Shown here piece by piece: positions 37,019-45,862 of a stretch of DNA of 64,000 nt (position 1 is its first letter; each line of letters begins with the position of its first letter). Under the pieces are notes generated by a model that was given only the letters and a program-made list of their open reading frames with translations, was not told where the DNA came from and ran no database searches. Source of the DNA: Actinomycetes bacterium (GTDB lineage Bacteria; Actinomycetota; Nitriliruptoria; Nitriliruptorales; Nitriliruptoraceae); NCBI GenBank assembly GCA_046566145.1, contig JBKHXF010000032.1, forward strand, positions 78,036 to 142,035. Reading direction: 5' to 3'. Both the position numbers and the translations under genes were made by a program.

Positions 37019-38692
37019 GTGGCCACGACGCACGACGAGCAGACCGAGGACGAGCACGTGGGGGACGAGCCGTCTCCCGACGAGGTGGCCGACGGGTCGA
37101 CGCTCGACGGGGTGCGGGGCGTCCTGCGCGAGATCGGGGCCGAGGGTGCCCTCGCCCAGGTCGAGGCGCGGCTCGAGGGGCTCGAGGCCGAGCTGGCCCT
37201 CGCGGAGCAGCGGGCCGCCGAGGCGGTACGGGCGCGACGCGGCGAGCTCGAGGTGATGCGTGCCCGCATCGAGGACGCCCTCGCGGTGGTGACGGACGCC
37301 ACGACCGAGCAGCGGAGCCGGGTCGCCGGGATCGAGGAGCGCCTGGCCGCCCGTGTGGAGGAGGCCGAGGCAGGGGGCCGCGAGCTGGTGGCGTCGCTGC
37401 GTGAGGACCTGACACCACGGGTCCAGCAGGCCGTCCACCGGGTCGACGAGGCCGTCGCGGAGCTCCGCGGCGAGCTCACGACGGACGTCGAGGAGCTCGC
37501 CGCCGACCTCACCCGGCAGCGCGACGAGCACGGCGAGGTTTCGGGGCGGCTCGACCGCGCCATCGAGGAGCTGCGGGACGGCGTCCGTGCGGAGGCGGCT
37601 GCGCGCGCGGACGCCCTGGACCAGCTCCGGGCGCGGCTCGTGGAGCGCCTCGACGAGCTGGTCGCCACCGGCAGCCGCGACCGGGACACCGCCGCGGCCG
37701 GACGCGAGGCGCTGCGACGCGAGCTCGACGCGGCCGTCGGGGAGCTGCGCGCGACGCTCAGCCTGCGGGTGCAGGAGACGACCGACCGCATCGAGCTGCT
37801 CGAGCAGGAGCTCGGTGCCGAGAAGGAGGCGCGGACCGACCGGCTCGTGGAGGTCGAGGACCGCTGGATGGCGGTCCTGCGTGAGGTCGTCGAGCGGTCC
37901 GAGCGTGGTGCCGTCGCGGCGCGGGAGGTGGTCGCCGAGGAGCGTGTCGCCCGAGCCGCGGCCGTCGACGAGGTCGCCGTCCGCCTCGCCGAGGTGGCAG
38001 CGGAGCTCGGCGAGCTCGGCGCGCGCGTCGACGGTGACGCCGCCCGCCGCGGTGGGGAGCTCGACCGCGCGACGCACGCGACCGAGGAGACCGCTCGGCG
38101 CCTCGAGACGCTGCAGGCGAAGGTCGCCTCCGTGGTGCGCCAGATGGCGACGGAGCTGTCGAACCGGGTGGCCACGGTCGCGGCGGACCTCGACACGGTG
38201 CGGACCGCCGGCGTGGAGACCCGCGAGCGACTGGCCGCCGTCGACCAGCTCGAGGAGCGGATCGCATCGCTCGAGCGGACGGCTCGGGAGCCCGCGCCGG
38301 CGGCGGCACCCGCCGTCCCGGTGGAGCGCGTCGACCGGGTCGAGGAGGCGCTCGCCGACCTGCGGCGCCAGCTCGGGACCGTCACGGGGCAGCTGGCCGA
38401 GTCGCAGGCTCGCGCGCGGGAGCTCGGCAACGCGATCGCCGAGCTGGTGACGGCGGCGCAGGGGCAGGCCGCGCTGCGGCAGGACGTGCGTGACCTGACG
38501 GTGCGCTCGTCGGAGCTCGCGACCCGCCTGCAGGCGACGGAGTCGCTCGCCCGCGCCACCGGGCAGGCGGTCGCGACCGCCGTGCGTCGGGCGCGGGGGG
38601 AGACGTCCCTGCAGCCGCAGGCCCCCGACGTCCCGCTCGACGCCCCGCTAGACGCCCCGCCCGACGACGGTGTCGGACCCGCCGGGGCGTGA
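37019..38692 (+). CDS. Long coiled-coil protein (Ala/Glu/Arg/Leu-rich)
   Basis: 557 aa, almost entirely heptad-like helical repeats. No TM segment or signal peptide. GTG preceded by GAGGAGG. Confidence 0.7.
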   Translation: MATTHDEQTEDEHVGDEPSPDEVADGSTLDGVRGVLREIGAEGALAQVEARLEGLEAELALAEQRAAEAVRARRGELEVMRARIEDALAVVTDATTEQRSRVAGIEERLAARVEEAEAGGRELVASLREDLTPRVQQAVHRVDEAVAELRGELTTDVEELAADLTRQRDEHGEVSGRLDRAIEELRDGVRAEAAARADALDQLRARLVERLDELVATGSRDRDTAAAGREALRRELDAAVGELRATLSLRVQETTDRIELLEQELGAEKEARTDRLVEVEDRWMAVLREVVERSERGAVAAREVVAEERVARAAAVDEVAVRLAEVAAELGELGARVDGDAARRGGELDRATHATEETARRLETLQAKVASVVRQMATELSNRVATVAADLDTVRTAGVETRERLAAVDQLEERIASLERTAREPAPAAAPAVPVERVDRVEEALADLRRQLGTVTGQLAESQARARELGNAIAELVTAAQGQAALRQDVRDLTVRSSELATRLQATESLARATGQAVATAVRRARGETSLQPQAPDVPLDAPLDAPPDDGVGPAGA

Positions 38693-38710
38693 GGCCCCGA
38701 CGATCCCACG

Positions 38711-39211
38711 TCACGGCAGCGCGACGTCCTTGAGCGTGACCTCGAACGAGCCCGCCGGCGCCTGCGCGGTCACGGTGTCGCCGGGCTTCGCGCCGATGAG
38801 CGCCTTGCCGATGGGCGACTCGGCCGACAGGACGTCGTGCTCGTCGTGCTCGTCCTCGCGGCTGCCGAGCAGCCACGTCTCGACGTCGCCGTCGATCTCG
38901 ATCGTCACGAGCAGGCCGGGCCGCGCCTCCGACAGGTCGGTGTCGGGCTCCCCGACCTTCGCATCGCGCAGCAGGTGCTCGAGCTGCCGGATGCGGGCCT
39001 CCATCTTGCCCTGCTCGTCCTTGGCGGCGTGGTACTCGGCGTTCTCGCGCAGGTCGCCGTGGGCCCGCGCGATCTCGATCTCCTTGGAGATCTGCTCGCG
39101 CCCCTCGGTGCGCAGCGTCTCGAGCTCCTCGCTGAGGCGGTCGTAGGCCTCCTGGCTCAGCCACGTCTCGGCCACGGCCAGCTCCTCCCCGTGTGGTGGT
39201 GTGTCGTGCAT
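38711..39211 (-). CDS. greA: Transcription elongation factor GreA
   Basis: GDLRENAEYHAAKDEQ motif in the coiled-coil N-terminal domain, followed by the C-terminal domain. Confidence 0.93.
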   Translation of the reverse strand: MHDTPPHGEELAVAETWLSQEAYDRLSEELETLRTEGREQISKEIEIARAHGDLRENAEYHAAKDEQGKMEARIRQLEHLLRDAKVGEPDTDLSEARPGLLVTIEIDGDVETWLLGSREDEHDEHDVLSAESPIGKALIGAKPGDTVTAQAPAGSFEVTLKDVALP

Positions 39212-39347
39212 CGGTGGGCCACGCGGACGCGTCGGCCGAGCCCGCGTGCGACGCGGTGGCGGCCGGCCCGTCGGGGGCACGAACGACGCCCGGACACGAC
39301 ACGGCCCGGGCGCTGGCCGGCAGGGTACCGACGCCCACCGCCACCGC

Positions 39348-39353
39348 TAGGCT
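39348..39353 (+). promoter_or_regulatory. -10-like hexamer TAGGCT; predicts a leaderless uppS-family transcript
   Basis: TAGGCTCGCGGGC ends 1 nt before the ATG at 39362. The hexamer-to-ATG spacing is 8 nt, and there is no Shine-Dalgarno sequence. Confidence 0.45.
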
Positions 39354-39361
39354 CGCGGGCC

Positions 39362-40141
39362 ATGGCCGCCAGCGACGTCCTCTACCGACTCTACGAGCGG
39401 CGCCTCGAGCGTGAGCTCCGTGAGGCGTCGCTGCCGCGGCACATCGGCGTCATCCTCGACGGCAACCGTCGCTTCGCCCGCGAGCGCGGGATGGACTCGG
39501 TCACGGCCGGGCACGCCGCCGGCGCGGCGAAGATCGACGAGTTCCTCGACTGGTGCTGGGAGCTGTCGGTCCCGTACGTGACCCTGTGGCTCCTCTCCAC
39601 CGAGAACCTCGCCCGCGACGACGCCGAGGTCGAGGGACTGCTCCGGATCATCCACGAGACGGTGCACCGCATCGCCCACCACCCCAAGGCCGCCGAGCGG
39701 GGCCTGCAGGTCTCGACCGTGGGCGCGCTCGACCTGCTCCCCGAGGAGGTCCGGACCGGGCTGAAGGAGGCCGAGGAGGCCACCGCCCACCACGACGAGT
39801 TCTTCCTCCAGGTCGCCGTCGGGTACGGGGGCCGGCAGGAGATCACGGACGCGCTGCGCAGCCTGCTGCAGGAGCGGGCCGCGAAGGGCGAGAGCGCCGA
39901 GCAGATCGCGGCCACGCTGCGCCCCGAGGACATCGGCGACCACCTGTACACCACGGGCTTCCCCGACCCCGACCTCATCATCCGAACCTCGGGCGAGGTG
40001 CGGCTCTCCGGGTTCCTGCTGTGGCAGTCGGCGCACTCCGAGTACCACTTCGCCGACCCGTACTGGCCCGACTTCCGCCGGGTCGACTTCCTGCGGGCCC
40101 TGCGCGAGTACGCGCTGCGCTCCCGCCGCTTCGGTCGCTGA
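39362..40141 (+). CDS. uppS: cis-Prenyl diphosphate synthase, Rv1086-like short-chain (Z)-isoprenyl diphosphate synthase
   Basis: LYRLYERRL, LPRHIGVILDGNRRFA, LLSTENL and IRTSGEVRLSGFLLWQSA motifs; 259 aa. Confidence 0.88.
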   Translation: MAASDVLYRLYERRLERELREASLPRHIGVILDGNRRFARERGMDSVTAGHAAGAAKIDEFLDWCWELSVPYVTLWLLSTENLARDDAEVEGLLRIIHETVHRIAHHPKAAERGLQVSTVGALDLLPEEVRTGLKEAEEATAHHDEFFLQVAVGYGGRQEITDALRSLLQERAAKGESAEQIAATLRPEDIGDHLYTTGFPDPDLIIRTSGEVRLSGFLLWQSAHSEYHFADPYWPDFRRVDFLRALREYALRSRRFGR

Positions 40142-40174
40142 CCGGACGCGAGCCGGTGACGGCGGCGTCGGCGC

Positions 40175-40196
40175 GTTCACGCGATCGTCACCCGTG
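40175..40196 (+). promoter_or_regulatory. PHO-box-like pair in the phoH2 upstream region
   Basis: GTTCACGCGAT and CGTCACCCGTG have TCAC cores exactly 11 nt apart, about 290 nt upstream of the phoH2 ATG. Confidence 0.35.
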
Positions 40197-40283
40197 GGGA
40201 CGTCGAGGTTGCTCGGTGCGCCACGTCGCCGGACGTACGGTGCCGGGCGTCAGGAACGCACCATCGACGAGAGGATCGAGACG

Positions 40284-40499
40284 GTGCCACACGACCGGAC
40301 CGATCACCGGCCCGACCCCGAGCAGGCCACGCTGGAGGTCCCCGACCACCTGCCGGCACCGCTCGCGACTCGCGCCCCCATCGTCCACGTCATCACCACG
40401 CCGCCCCTCCTCCGGGGCGGCGTTCGTCGTTCTCGGCCCCGAACGGCCCAGCCGTTCGGTCTCCGGGAGGGGAGCTGCCCGCTCACATGGATCAGGTGA
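40284..40499 (+). CDS. Candidate small upstream ORF overlapping the phoH2 start (phoAT-like position)
   Basis: The ORF runs 40194..40499. The central part has high GC3. GTG 40284 has GAGAGGA upstream. The stop lies 13 nt inside phoH2. No family recognised. Confidence 0.2.
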   Translation: MPHDRTDHRPDPEQATLEVPDHLPAPLATRAPIVHVITTPPLLRGGVRRSRPRTAQPFGLREGSCPLTWIR

Positions 40500-41836
40500 A
40501 GTCCTACGTCCTCGACACGTGCGTCCTGCTCGCGGACCCGCACGCGCTGCACCGCTTCGACGAGCACGAGGTGGTCCTGCCACTCGTCGTGATCGAGGAG
40601 CTCGACCGCAAGAAGACCGCGCTCGACGAGGTGGGCCGCAACGCTCGGACCGCCCTGCGCATCGTGGAGGAGCTGCGAGAGCGCTCCGGCGGGGGGCTGC
40701 GTGACCCGCTCGCGCTGCCGTCCGGCGGCACGATCCGCATCGAGGCGAACCACGTCGACGTCGAGCTGCCGCCGTACCTCGACCCGCTGAAGCCCGACCA
40801 CCGCATCCTCGCGTGCGCGATCGGGACGCGGGCGACGCTCGTGACGAAGGACACGGCGCTGCGCATCAAGGGGGCACAGCTCGGGGTCGCGGTCGAGGAC
40901 TACCGGGGTGACACGGCCCAGGTCGAGGACCACTACACCGGCATCGCCGAGCTCGACGTCGAGCCGCACCTGCTCGACGAGCTCCACCGCGACGGCAAGG
41001 TCGTGCTCCACGCCGACGTGGCGTCGATGCCCGAGGACGGCACGTTCCTGAACCAGTGCATGGTGCTGCGGGGCGGACGCTCCGCCTCCGGGCTGGGCCG
41101 GGTCATCGACATCGACGACGAGGGCAACGCGACGGTCCACAAGGTCCACGGGCACCGGCAGGTGTTCGGGATGTCGGCCCGCGACGTCCGCCAGACGTTC
41201 GCGATCGACCTGCTGCTCGACCCTGCGGTGCCGTGCGTGTCGCTCATGGGCATGGCGGGCACCGGCAAGACGTTCCTCGCCCTGGCCGCCGGCCTCGAGC
41301 AGGTCGTCGAGGCCACGGCGTACCGCCGCATGTCGGTGTACCGCCCGCTGATCGCGGTCGGGAAGCAGGAGATCGGGTACCTGCCGGGCGACCTCGACGA
41401 GAAGCTCGCCCCGTGGATGGCCGCGGTGCACGACAACCTGTACGCGCTGCTGCGCCGGGACGACGGTCGCGGCCGCGGCACCCGGGAGCACCGGCAGGTG
41501 CAGGCGACGGTCGAGTCACTGGTCGACCGCGGCCAGCTCGAGCTCGCCGCGATCACCTACCTGCGCGGTCGGTCCATCACCGACGAGTTCGTCATCGTCG
41601 ACGAGGCGCAGAACATCGAGCTCAACGCGCTGAAGGTCGTCCTGACCCGGATGGCGATGGGTTCGAAGGTGGTCTTCTGCGGCGACCTCGGCCAGGTCGA
41701 CAACCCCTACATCTCGCCCTACGGCGGCATGGCGGCGCTCATCGAGAAGCTGAAGGGCACGAGCCTGTTCGGGCACGTGACCCTCTCGAAGGGCGTGCGC
41801 AGCCCGCTGGCCGAGTACGCGGCGACGATCTTCTGA
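40487..41836 (+). CDS. phoH2: PhoH2: PIN-domain RNase fused to PhoH-like ATPase
   Basis: PIN N-terminus (YVLDTCVLLADP, VIEELD) and PhoH Walker A GMAGTGKTF. Shine-Dalgarno GGGAGGGGAG. Confidence 0.9.
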   Translation: MDQVKSYVLDTCVLLADPHALHRFDEHEVVLPLVVIEELDRKKTALDEVGRNARTALRIVEELRERSGGGLRDPLALPSGGTIRIEANHVDVELPPYLDPLKPDHRILACAIGTRATLVTKDTALRIKGAQLGVAVEDYRGDTAQVEDHYTGIAELDVEPHLLDELHRDGKVVLHADVASMPEDGTFLNQCMVLRGGRSASGLGRVIDIDDEGNATVHKVHGHRQVFGMSARDVRQTFAIDLLLDPAVPCVSLMGMAGTGKTFLALAAGLEQVVEATAYRRMSVYRPLIAVGKQEIGYLPGDLDEKLAPWMAAVHDNLYALLRRDDGRGRGTREHRQVQATVESLVDRGQLELAAITYLRGRSITDEFVIVDEAQNIELNALKVVLTRMAMGSKVVFCGDLGQVDNPYISPYGGMAALIEKLKGTSLFGHVTLSKGVRSPLAEYAATIF

Positions 41837-41867
41837 CGTCCCCGTCAGGGGCCTGCCCCGGCCGGCG

Positions 41868-42860
41868 TCACGCCGGCCGGGGCAGGTGCGTGTCGAGGAA
41901 CTGGACGGCCTCGGCGAGCGCCTGGTGCGCCGGCGGGCACACTCCGGGCAGCGACACGAACCCGTGCGGCTGGCCGACGTAGCGGGTGAGCCGCACCGTG
42001 GTGCCCTCCGCCTCCATCCGGCGGGCGTACGCCTCGCCCTCGTCGACCAGCGGGTCCTGCTCGGCGGTCTGGACCAGCGCCGGCGGCAGCCCACCGAGGT
42101 CGCCGGCGAACCAGGGCGACACCGACGGGTCGTCGGCCGGCACGGGCGACGGTTCGACGTACAGGGCCGTGAACGCGTCGATCGAGGCCTTCGGCAGGAT
42201 CGGCGCGTCGGCGAGGCGGCGGTGCGACGCGAACGACCGCGTGAGGTCGGTCGCCGGGTAGACGAGCACCTGCGCCGCCACCTCCGGCACGCCTCCCGCG
42301 TCACGCGCGGCCAGGGCCACCAGCGCGGCGAGGTTGCCACCGGCGGAGTCGCCCGCGACCGCGACGGGGGCCCCGTCGACGCCGCCGAAGCGCGAGGCGT
42401 TGCCGGCCAGCCACGTGGCCGCCGCGACGGCGTCACGGGCGGCCGCCGGCGCGACGTGCTCGGGCGCCTTGCGGTAGTCGACGCTCGCGACGAGCACGTC
42501 GGCCCCCGCGGCGAGGTTCGTGCACCACCAGTCGTACTGCGCCGGGCTGCCCGTCACGAAGCCGCCCCCGTGGAGGTGGACCACCAGTGGCCGCGCGCCA
42601 CCGCCGGCGCGGGGCACCGACACGCGCAGGCCGAGCTCGCCGGCGGCCCCGGGCACCGTGGTGTCGTGGACGTCGACGTCGGGATGGGGTGCGCCGAAGA
42701 GCCGCTGGACCACCGGGGTGAGCAGCGGGCCGAGCAGCGGCACCCGGGGCGCGAAGGAGGAACGCGCGGCTGCGAGCTGCGCCGGTCCCATCTCGGTGAC
42801 CGGGACGGAGGTCCGCCGGCGGACGGCGTCGAGCAGCAGCACGGTGGAGGAGGGGCGCAT
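41868..42860 (-). CDS. Alpha/beta hydrolase, hormone-sensitive-lipase (family IV) esterase
   Basis: HGGGF oxyanion motif and GDSAGGNLA nucleophile elbow. Confidence 0.85.
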   Translation of the reverse strand: MRPSSTVLLLDAVRRRTSVPVTEMGPAQLAAARSSFAPRVPLLGPLLTPVVQRLFGAPHPDVDVHDTTVPGAAGELGLRVSVPRAGGGARPLVVHLHGGGFVTGSPAQYDWWCTNLAAGADVLVASVDYRKAPEHVAPAAARDAVAAATWLAGNASRFGGVDGAPVAVAGDSAGGNLAALVALAARDAGGVPEVAAQVLVYPATDLTRSFASHRRLADAPILPKASIDAFTALYVEPSPVPADDPSVSPWFAGDLGGLPPALVQTAEQDPLVDEGEAYARRMEAEGTTVRLTRYVGQPHGFVSLPGVCPPAHQALAEAVQFLDTHLPRPA

Positions 42861-42896
42861 CGAGGAGCCTGGCGTCCGTGACGGGTCGGGGCCCGA

Positions 42897-42902
42897 AGCC
42901 TA
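42897..42902 (-). promoter_or_regulatory. -10-like hexamer TAGGCT (minus strand) upstream of the esterase gene
   Basis: 36 nt upstream of the ATG at 42860. Confidence 0.3.
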
Positions 42903-42982
42903 GGGCCGCCACCCGGAGTACCGTGCGCCGGTCGTCCTCCGCGCCCCTGAGCCCGCCCTCGGCCCCGACCCTCGGAGCTGCC

Positions 42983-43969
42983 GTGCCCGTCATCGAGGTG
43001 ACCGACCTCGTCAAGGTCTACGCCCGCGGCGACGTCCGCGCCGTCGACGGCGTCTCGCTCGCCGTCGAGGAGGGGGAGGTGTTCGGCTTCCTCGGCCCGA
43101 ACGGCGCCGGCAAGTCGACGACGGTCGCGATCATGACGACGCTGCTGTCGCCGACCTCGGGCACCGTCCGCATCGCGGGACACGACGTCACGACCGAGCC
43201 GGCCGCCGTGCGGGCGGCGATCGGCGCGGCGCTGCAGGAGGCCGGGCTCGACGGGCTCGCCACGGCACGGGAGTTCCTCACCCTCCAGGCGACGCTGTAC
43301 GCGGTCGCGGACCCGCGCCGGCGGGCGCAGGAGCTGCTCGAGGTGGTCGGGCTCACGGACGCCGCCGACCGGCGCATCACGACGTTCTCCGGCGGGATGA
43401 AGCGCCGGCTCGACCTCGCCGCCGGGCTGGTCCACCGCCCTCGGGTGCTGTTCCTCGACGAGCCGACCACGGGCCTCGACCCGGCCAGCCGCCAGAACGT
43501 GTGGGACGAGGTCCGGCGGCTCAACGACGCTGGCACGACCATCTTCCTCACCACGCAGTACCTCGAGGAGGCCGACGTCCTCGCGGGCCGGCTCGCCATC
43601 ATCGACGGGGGTCGCCTCGTCGCCGAGGGCACCCCGACGTCGCTGAAGGCCGACATCGCGGAGGACGTGGTGTCGCTGCGCGTCACCGACGCCGACCGTG
43701 ACGCGGTCGCCGACCTCGTCCGCGGGCGGGACGGCGTCGTGCGCGTCGACGTCGTGGGCACGGACACCGCCGGCGGGGGTGGCGCGCTCGAGGTCGCCGT
43801 CGCCAACGGCGCCGCCGCCGTCCCCCACCTCGTCCGCCTCCTCGACGAGGCCGGGCACGAGCTCGCCGAGATCTCGCTGCGCCGTCCCACCCTCGACGAC
43901 GTGTTCCTGCGCGCCACCGGTCACCGCCTCGAGGGCGCGGCCACCCCGACCGAGGAGGTCCCCGCGTGA
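42983..43969 (+). CDS. ABC transporter ATP-binding protein (DrrA-like, ABC-2 type)
   Basis: Walker A GPNGAGKST, signature FSGGMKRRL, Walker B VLFLDEPT. Confidence 0.88.
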   Translation: MPVIEVTDLVKVYARGDVRAVDGVSLAVEEGEVFGFLGPNGAGKSTTVAIMTTLLSPTSGTVRIAGHDVTTEPAAVRAAIGAALQEAGLDGLATAREFLTLQATLYAVADPRRRAQELLEVVGLTDAADRRITTFSGGMKRRLDLAAGLVHRPRVLFLDEPTTGLDPASRQNVWDEVRRLNDAGTTIFLTTQYLEEADVLAGRLAIIDGGRLVAEGTPTSLKADIAEDVVSLRVTDADRDAVADLVRGRDGVVRVDVVGTDTAGGGGALEVAVANGAAAVPHLVRLLDEAGHELAEISLRRPTLDDVFLRATGHRLEGAATPTEEVPA

Positions 43970-44793
43970 GCGCCACCGGCACGCCCAACGCCACCGACAC
44001 CGCCGCCTCCGCCCAGGTCACGCGCTCGATGCTCCGCCACGAGGTCCTGCCGCTGTACCTGCGCTCCCTGCGGGTCCTGCTGCGGGTGCCGTCGGCCGTC
44101 ATCCCGCCGCTGTTCATCCCGGTGTTCTTCCTCGTGGTGAACACCGCCGCGCTCGGGAACCTGTCCAACAGCCCCGTGCTGCAGGGCACGAACTACGTCG
44201 CGTTCTTCGTCCCCGTGTCGATCCTGCTGACCGTGTCGTCCGCCGGGTCCGGCTCCGGCCTCGCGCTCGTGCAGGACATCGACGCCGGCTACTTCGACAA
44301 GCTCCTGCTCGCGCCCATCTCCCGCACGTCCGTCCTCGTCAGCCGGCTCATGGTCGACGGGACCCGCGCCGCCGCCCAGGCGCTGCTGGTCGTCGCGGTC
44401 AGCCTGCTCATCGGCGGGGAGATCGCGGCCGGCTTCGTCGGGGTCGTGCTGCTCGTGGTGATGAGCTTCCTGTTCGGCCTCGCCTACGCCGGCATCGGCC
44501 TCACCATCGCGCTGCGCACCGGCTCGACCGAGGCGACCCAGGCGTCGTTCATCATCTTCTTCCCGCTGGTCTTCCTCGCGCCGACCTTCGTGCCGCTCGA
44601 CTTCCTCGCCGAGTGGCTCCAGACCGTCGCGCAGCTCAACCCCGTCACCTACGTGCTCCTCGGGATGCGCTCGCTCACCACCGAGGGCATCGTGGCGGCC
44701 GAGCTCGCGAAGGCGTTCGCCGCGATCCTCGGGCTGGCCGCCCTGCTGCTGTTCTCGGCGTTCCGGGCGCTCCGGGCCCGCGCGTACCGCTGA
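43966..44793 (+). CDS. ABC-2 type transporter permease
   Basis: 275 aa with six TM helices. The start overlaps the ATPase stop. Confidence 0.8.
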   Translation: MSATGTPNATDTAASAQVTRSMLRHEVLPLYLRSLRVLLRVPSAVIPPLFIPVFFLVVNTAALGNLSNSPVLQGTNYVAFFVPVSILLTVSSAGSGSGLALVQDIDAGYFDKLLLAPISRTSVLVSRLMVDGTRAAAQALLVVAVSLLIGGEIAAGFVGVVLLVVMSFLFGLAYAGIGLTIALRTGSTEATQASFIIFFPLVFLAPTFVPLDFLAEWLQTVAQLNPVTYVLLGMRSLTTEGIVAAELAKAFAAILGLAALLLFSAFRALRARAYR

Positions 44794-44808
44794 CCCGTCG
44801 CAGCCGGG

Positions 44809-45666
44809 TCAGTTGCAGCGGGCGCGGACCGCGATCGCCGCGTGGCGGACCTCGTCGCGGTCCGGCGCGGTCGGGGCCAGCTCGACGTAGGCCTCGAAGG
44901 CCTCGGCCGCCGCGAGGAACCGCCCGGCCGAGCGCAGCAGCTCGCCGTGGACCCGGTGGTCCTCGGGCTGCGAGCCCGGCAGCAGCAGCGCCAGCTCGGC
45001 GGTCCACAGCGCGTCGCGGAGGTCGCCGGCGGCGGTGAAGTCGCGGGTCAGGTTCGCGAGGATGCGACGGACGACGTCCGCCGGCGCCGCGGGGCGCAGC
45101 ATCGCCCGCGAGAACGACACCCGCCCCCCGGTCGCGGCGCGCACCCGCTCGGCCACCTCCTCCAGCGGCAGCAGCCGCCCGCCGGCGAAGGGGTCGACCA
45201 CGACCACGCCCCGGTCGTCGCTCGACGCCACGCCGGCCACGAAGTGCCCGGGCAGCCCGATGCCGTACGCGGGCACGCGCAGCCGCCTGGCCAGCGCCAC
45301 GAACAGCACCGACAGCGTGATCGGCAGCCCGCGCCTGCGGTCGAGGACCTGCGAGAGCAGGCCGTTGCGCGGGTCGTTGTAGGTCTCCGTGTCGCCCGTG
45401 AAGCCCTGCTGGTCGGCGAGGTACCTGGCGATCGCGTTCGCGTCGACGGCGGCGTCGCCGGACGGCGTGAACCCCGTGGACCGCAGGCCGTCCGCGAGCG
45501 CGTCGATGCGGAGCAGCCCCAGCTCGACGTCGACGTCCGGGTCGTGCTCGACGCACAGCAGCAGGGCCGCCTCGGCGAGGTCGCAGCCCGGCTCCCGGAC
45601 GATCCGGGCCAGCCGCTCACGCGATGCGTCCGACCGATCGCTCCAGGACGATGGGCCTCCGGGCAC
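44809..45666 (-). CDS. Transglutaminase-like / SirB1 (UPF0162) family protein with TPR-like C-terminus
   Basis: RRGLPITLSVLFVALARRLRVPAYGIGLPGHF motif. Confidence 0.7.
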   Translation of the reverse strand: MPGGPSSWSDRSDASRERLARIVREPGCDLAEAALLLCVEHDPDVDVELGLLRIDALADGLRSTGFTPSGDAAVDANAIARYLADQQGFTGDTETYNDPRNGLLSQVLDRRRGLPITLSVLFVALARRLRVPAYGIGLPGHFVAGVASSDDRGVVVVDPFAGGRLLPLEEVAERVRAATGGRVSFSRAMLRPAAPADVVRRILANLTRDFTAAGDLRDALWTAELALLLPGSQPEDHRVHGELLRSAGRFLAAAEAFEAYVELAPTAPDRDEVRHAAIAVRARCN

Positions 45667-45811
45667 GCGTGCTCCTGCCTGCCTGGGGCGGGGCCGGGGC
45701 GCGCCGCCCGTCGACGACGAGCGTACGACCGCCCGGCCCGCCCCCCGCGCAACCGCCGCGCCGCCCGTCGCACCCAGCGGAACGGATGGCGACGGAACGT
45801 TCCACCGTGGC

Positions 45812-45817
45812 TAGCCT
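45812..45817 (+). promoter_or_regulatory. -10-like hexamer TAGCCT upstream of the acyl-CoA dehydrogenase gene
   Basis: 45 nt upstream of the TTG at 45863. A perfect palindrome begins 7 nt downstream of the hexamer. Confidence 0.35.
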
Positions 45818-45862
45818 CGCCGACACGTCGCGAGCGACGTCAACGACGACCGGGAGCCCACG

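Noticed and set aside
36358-38709. 783-aa Ser/Ala/Arg-rich ORF antisense to the coiled-coil gene
   Set aside because: It is the mirror image of a GAG/GCC/CGC-rich repeat gene. The plus-strand frame has a Shine-Dalgarno sequence, a coherent heptad pattern and a sensible start.
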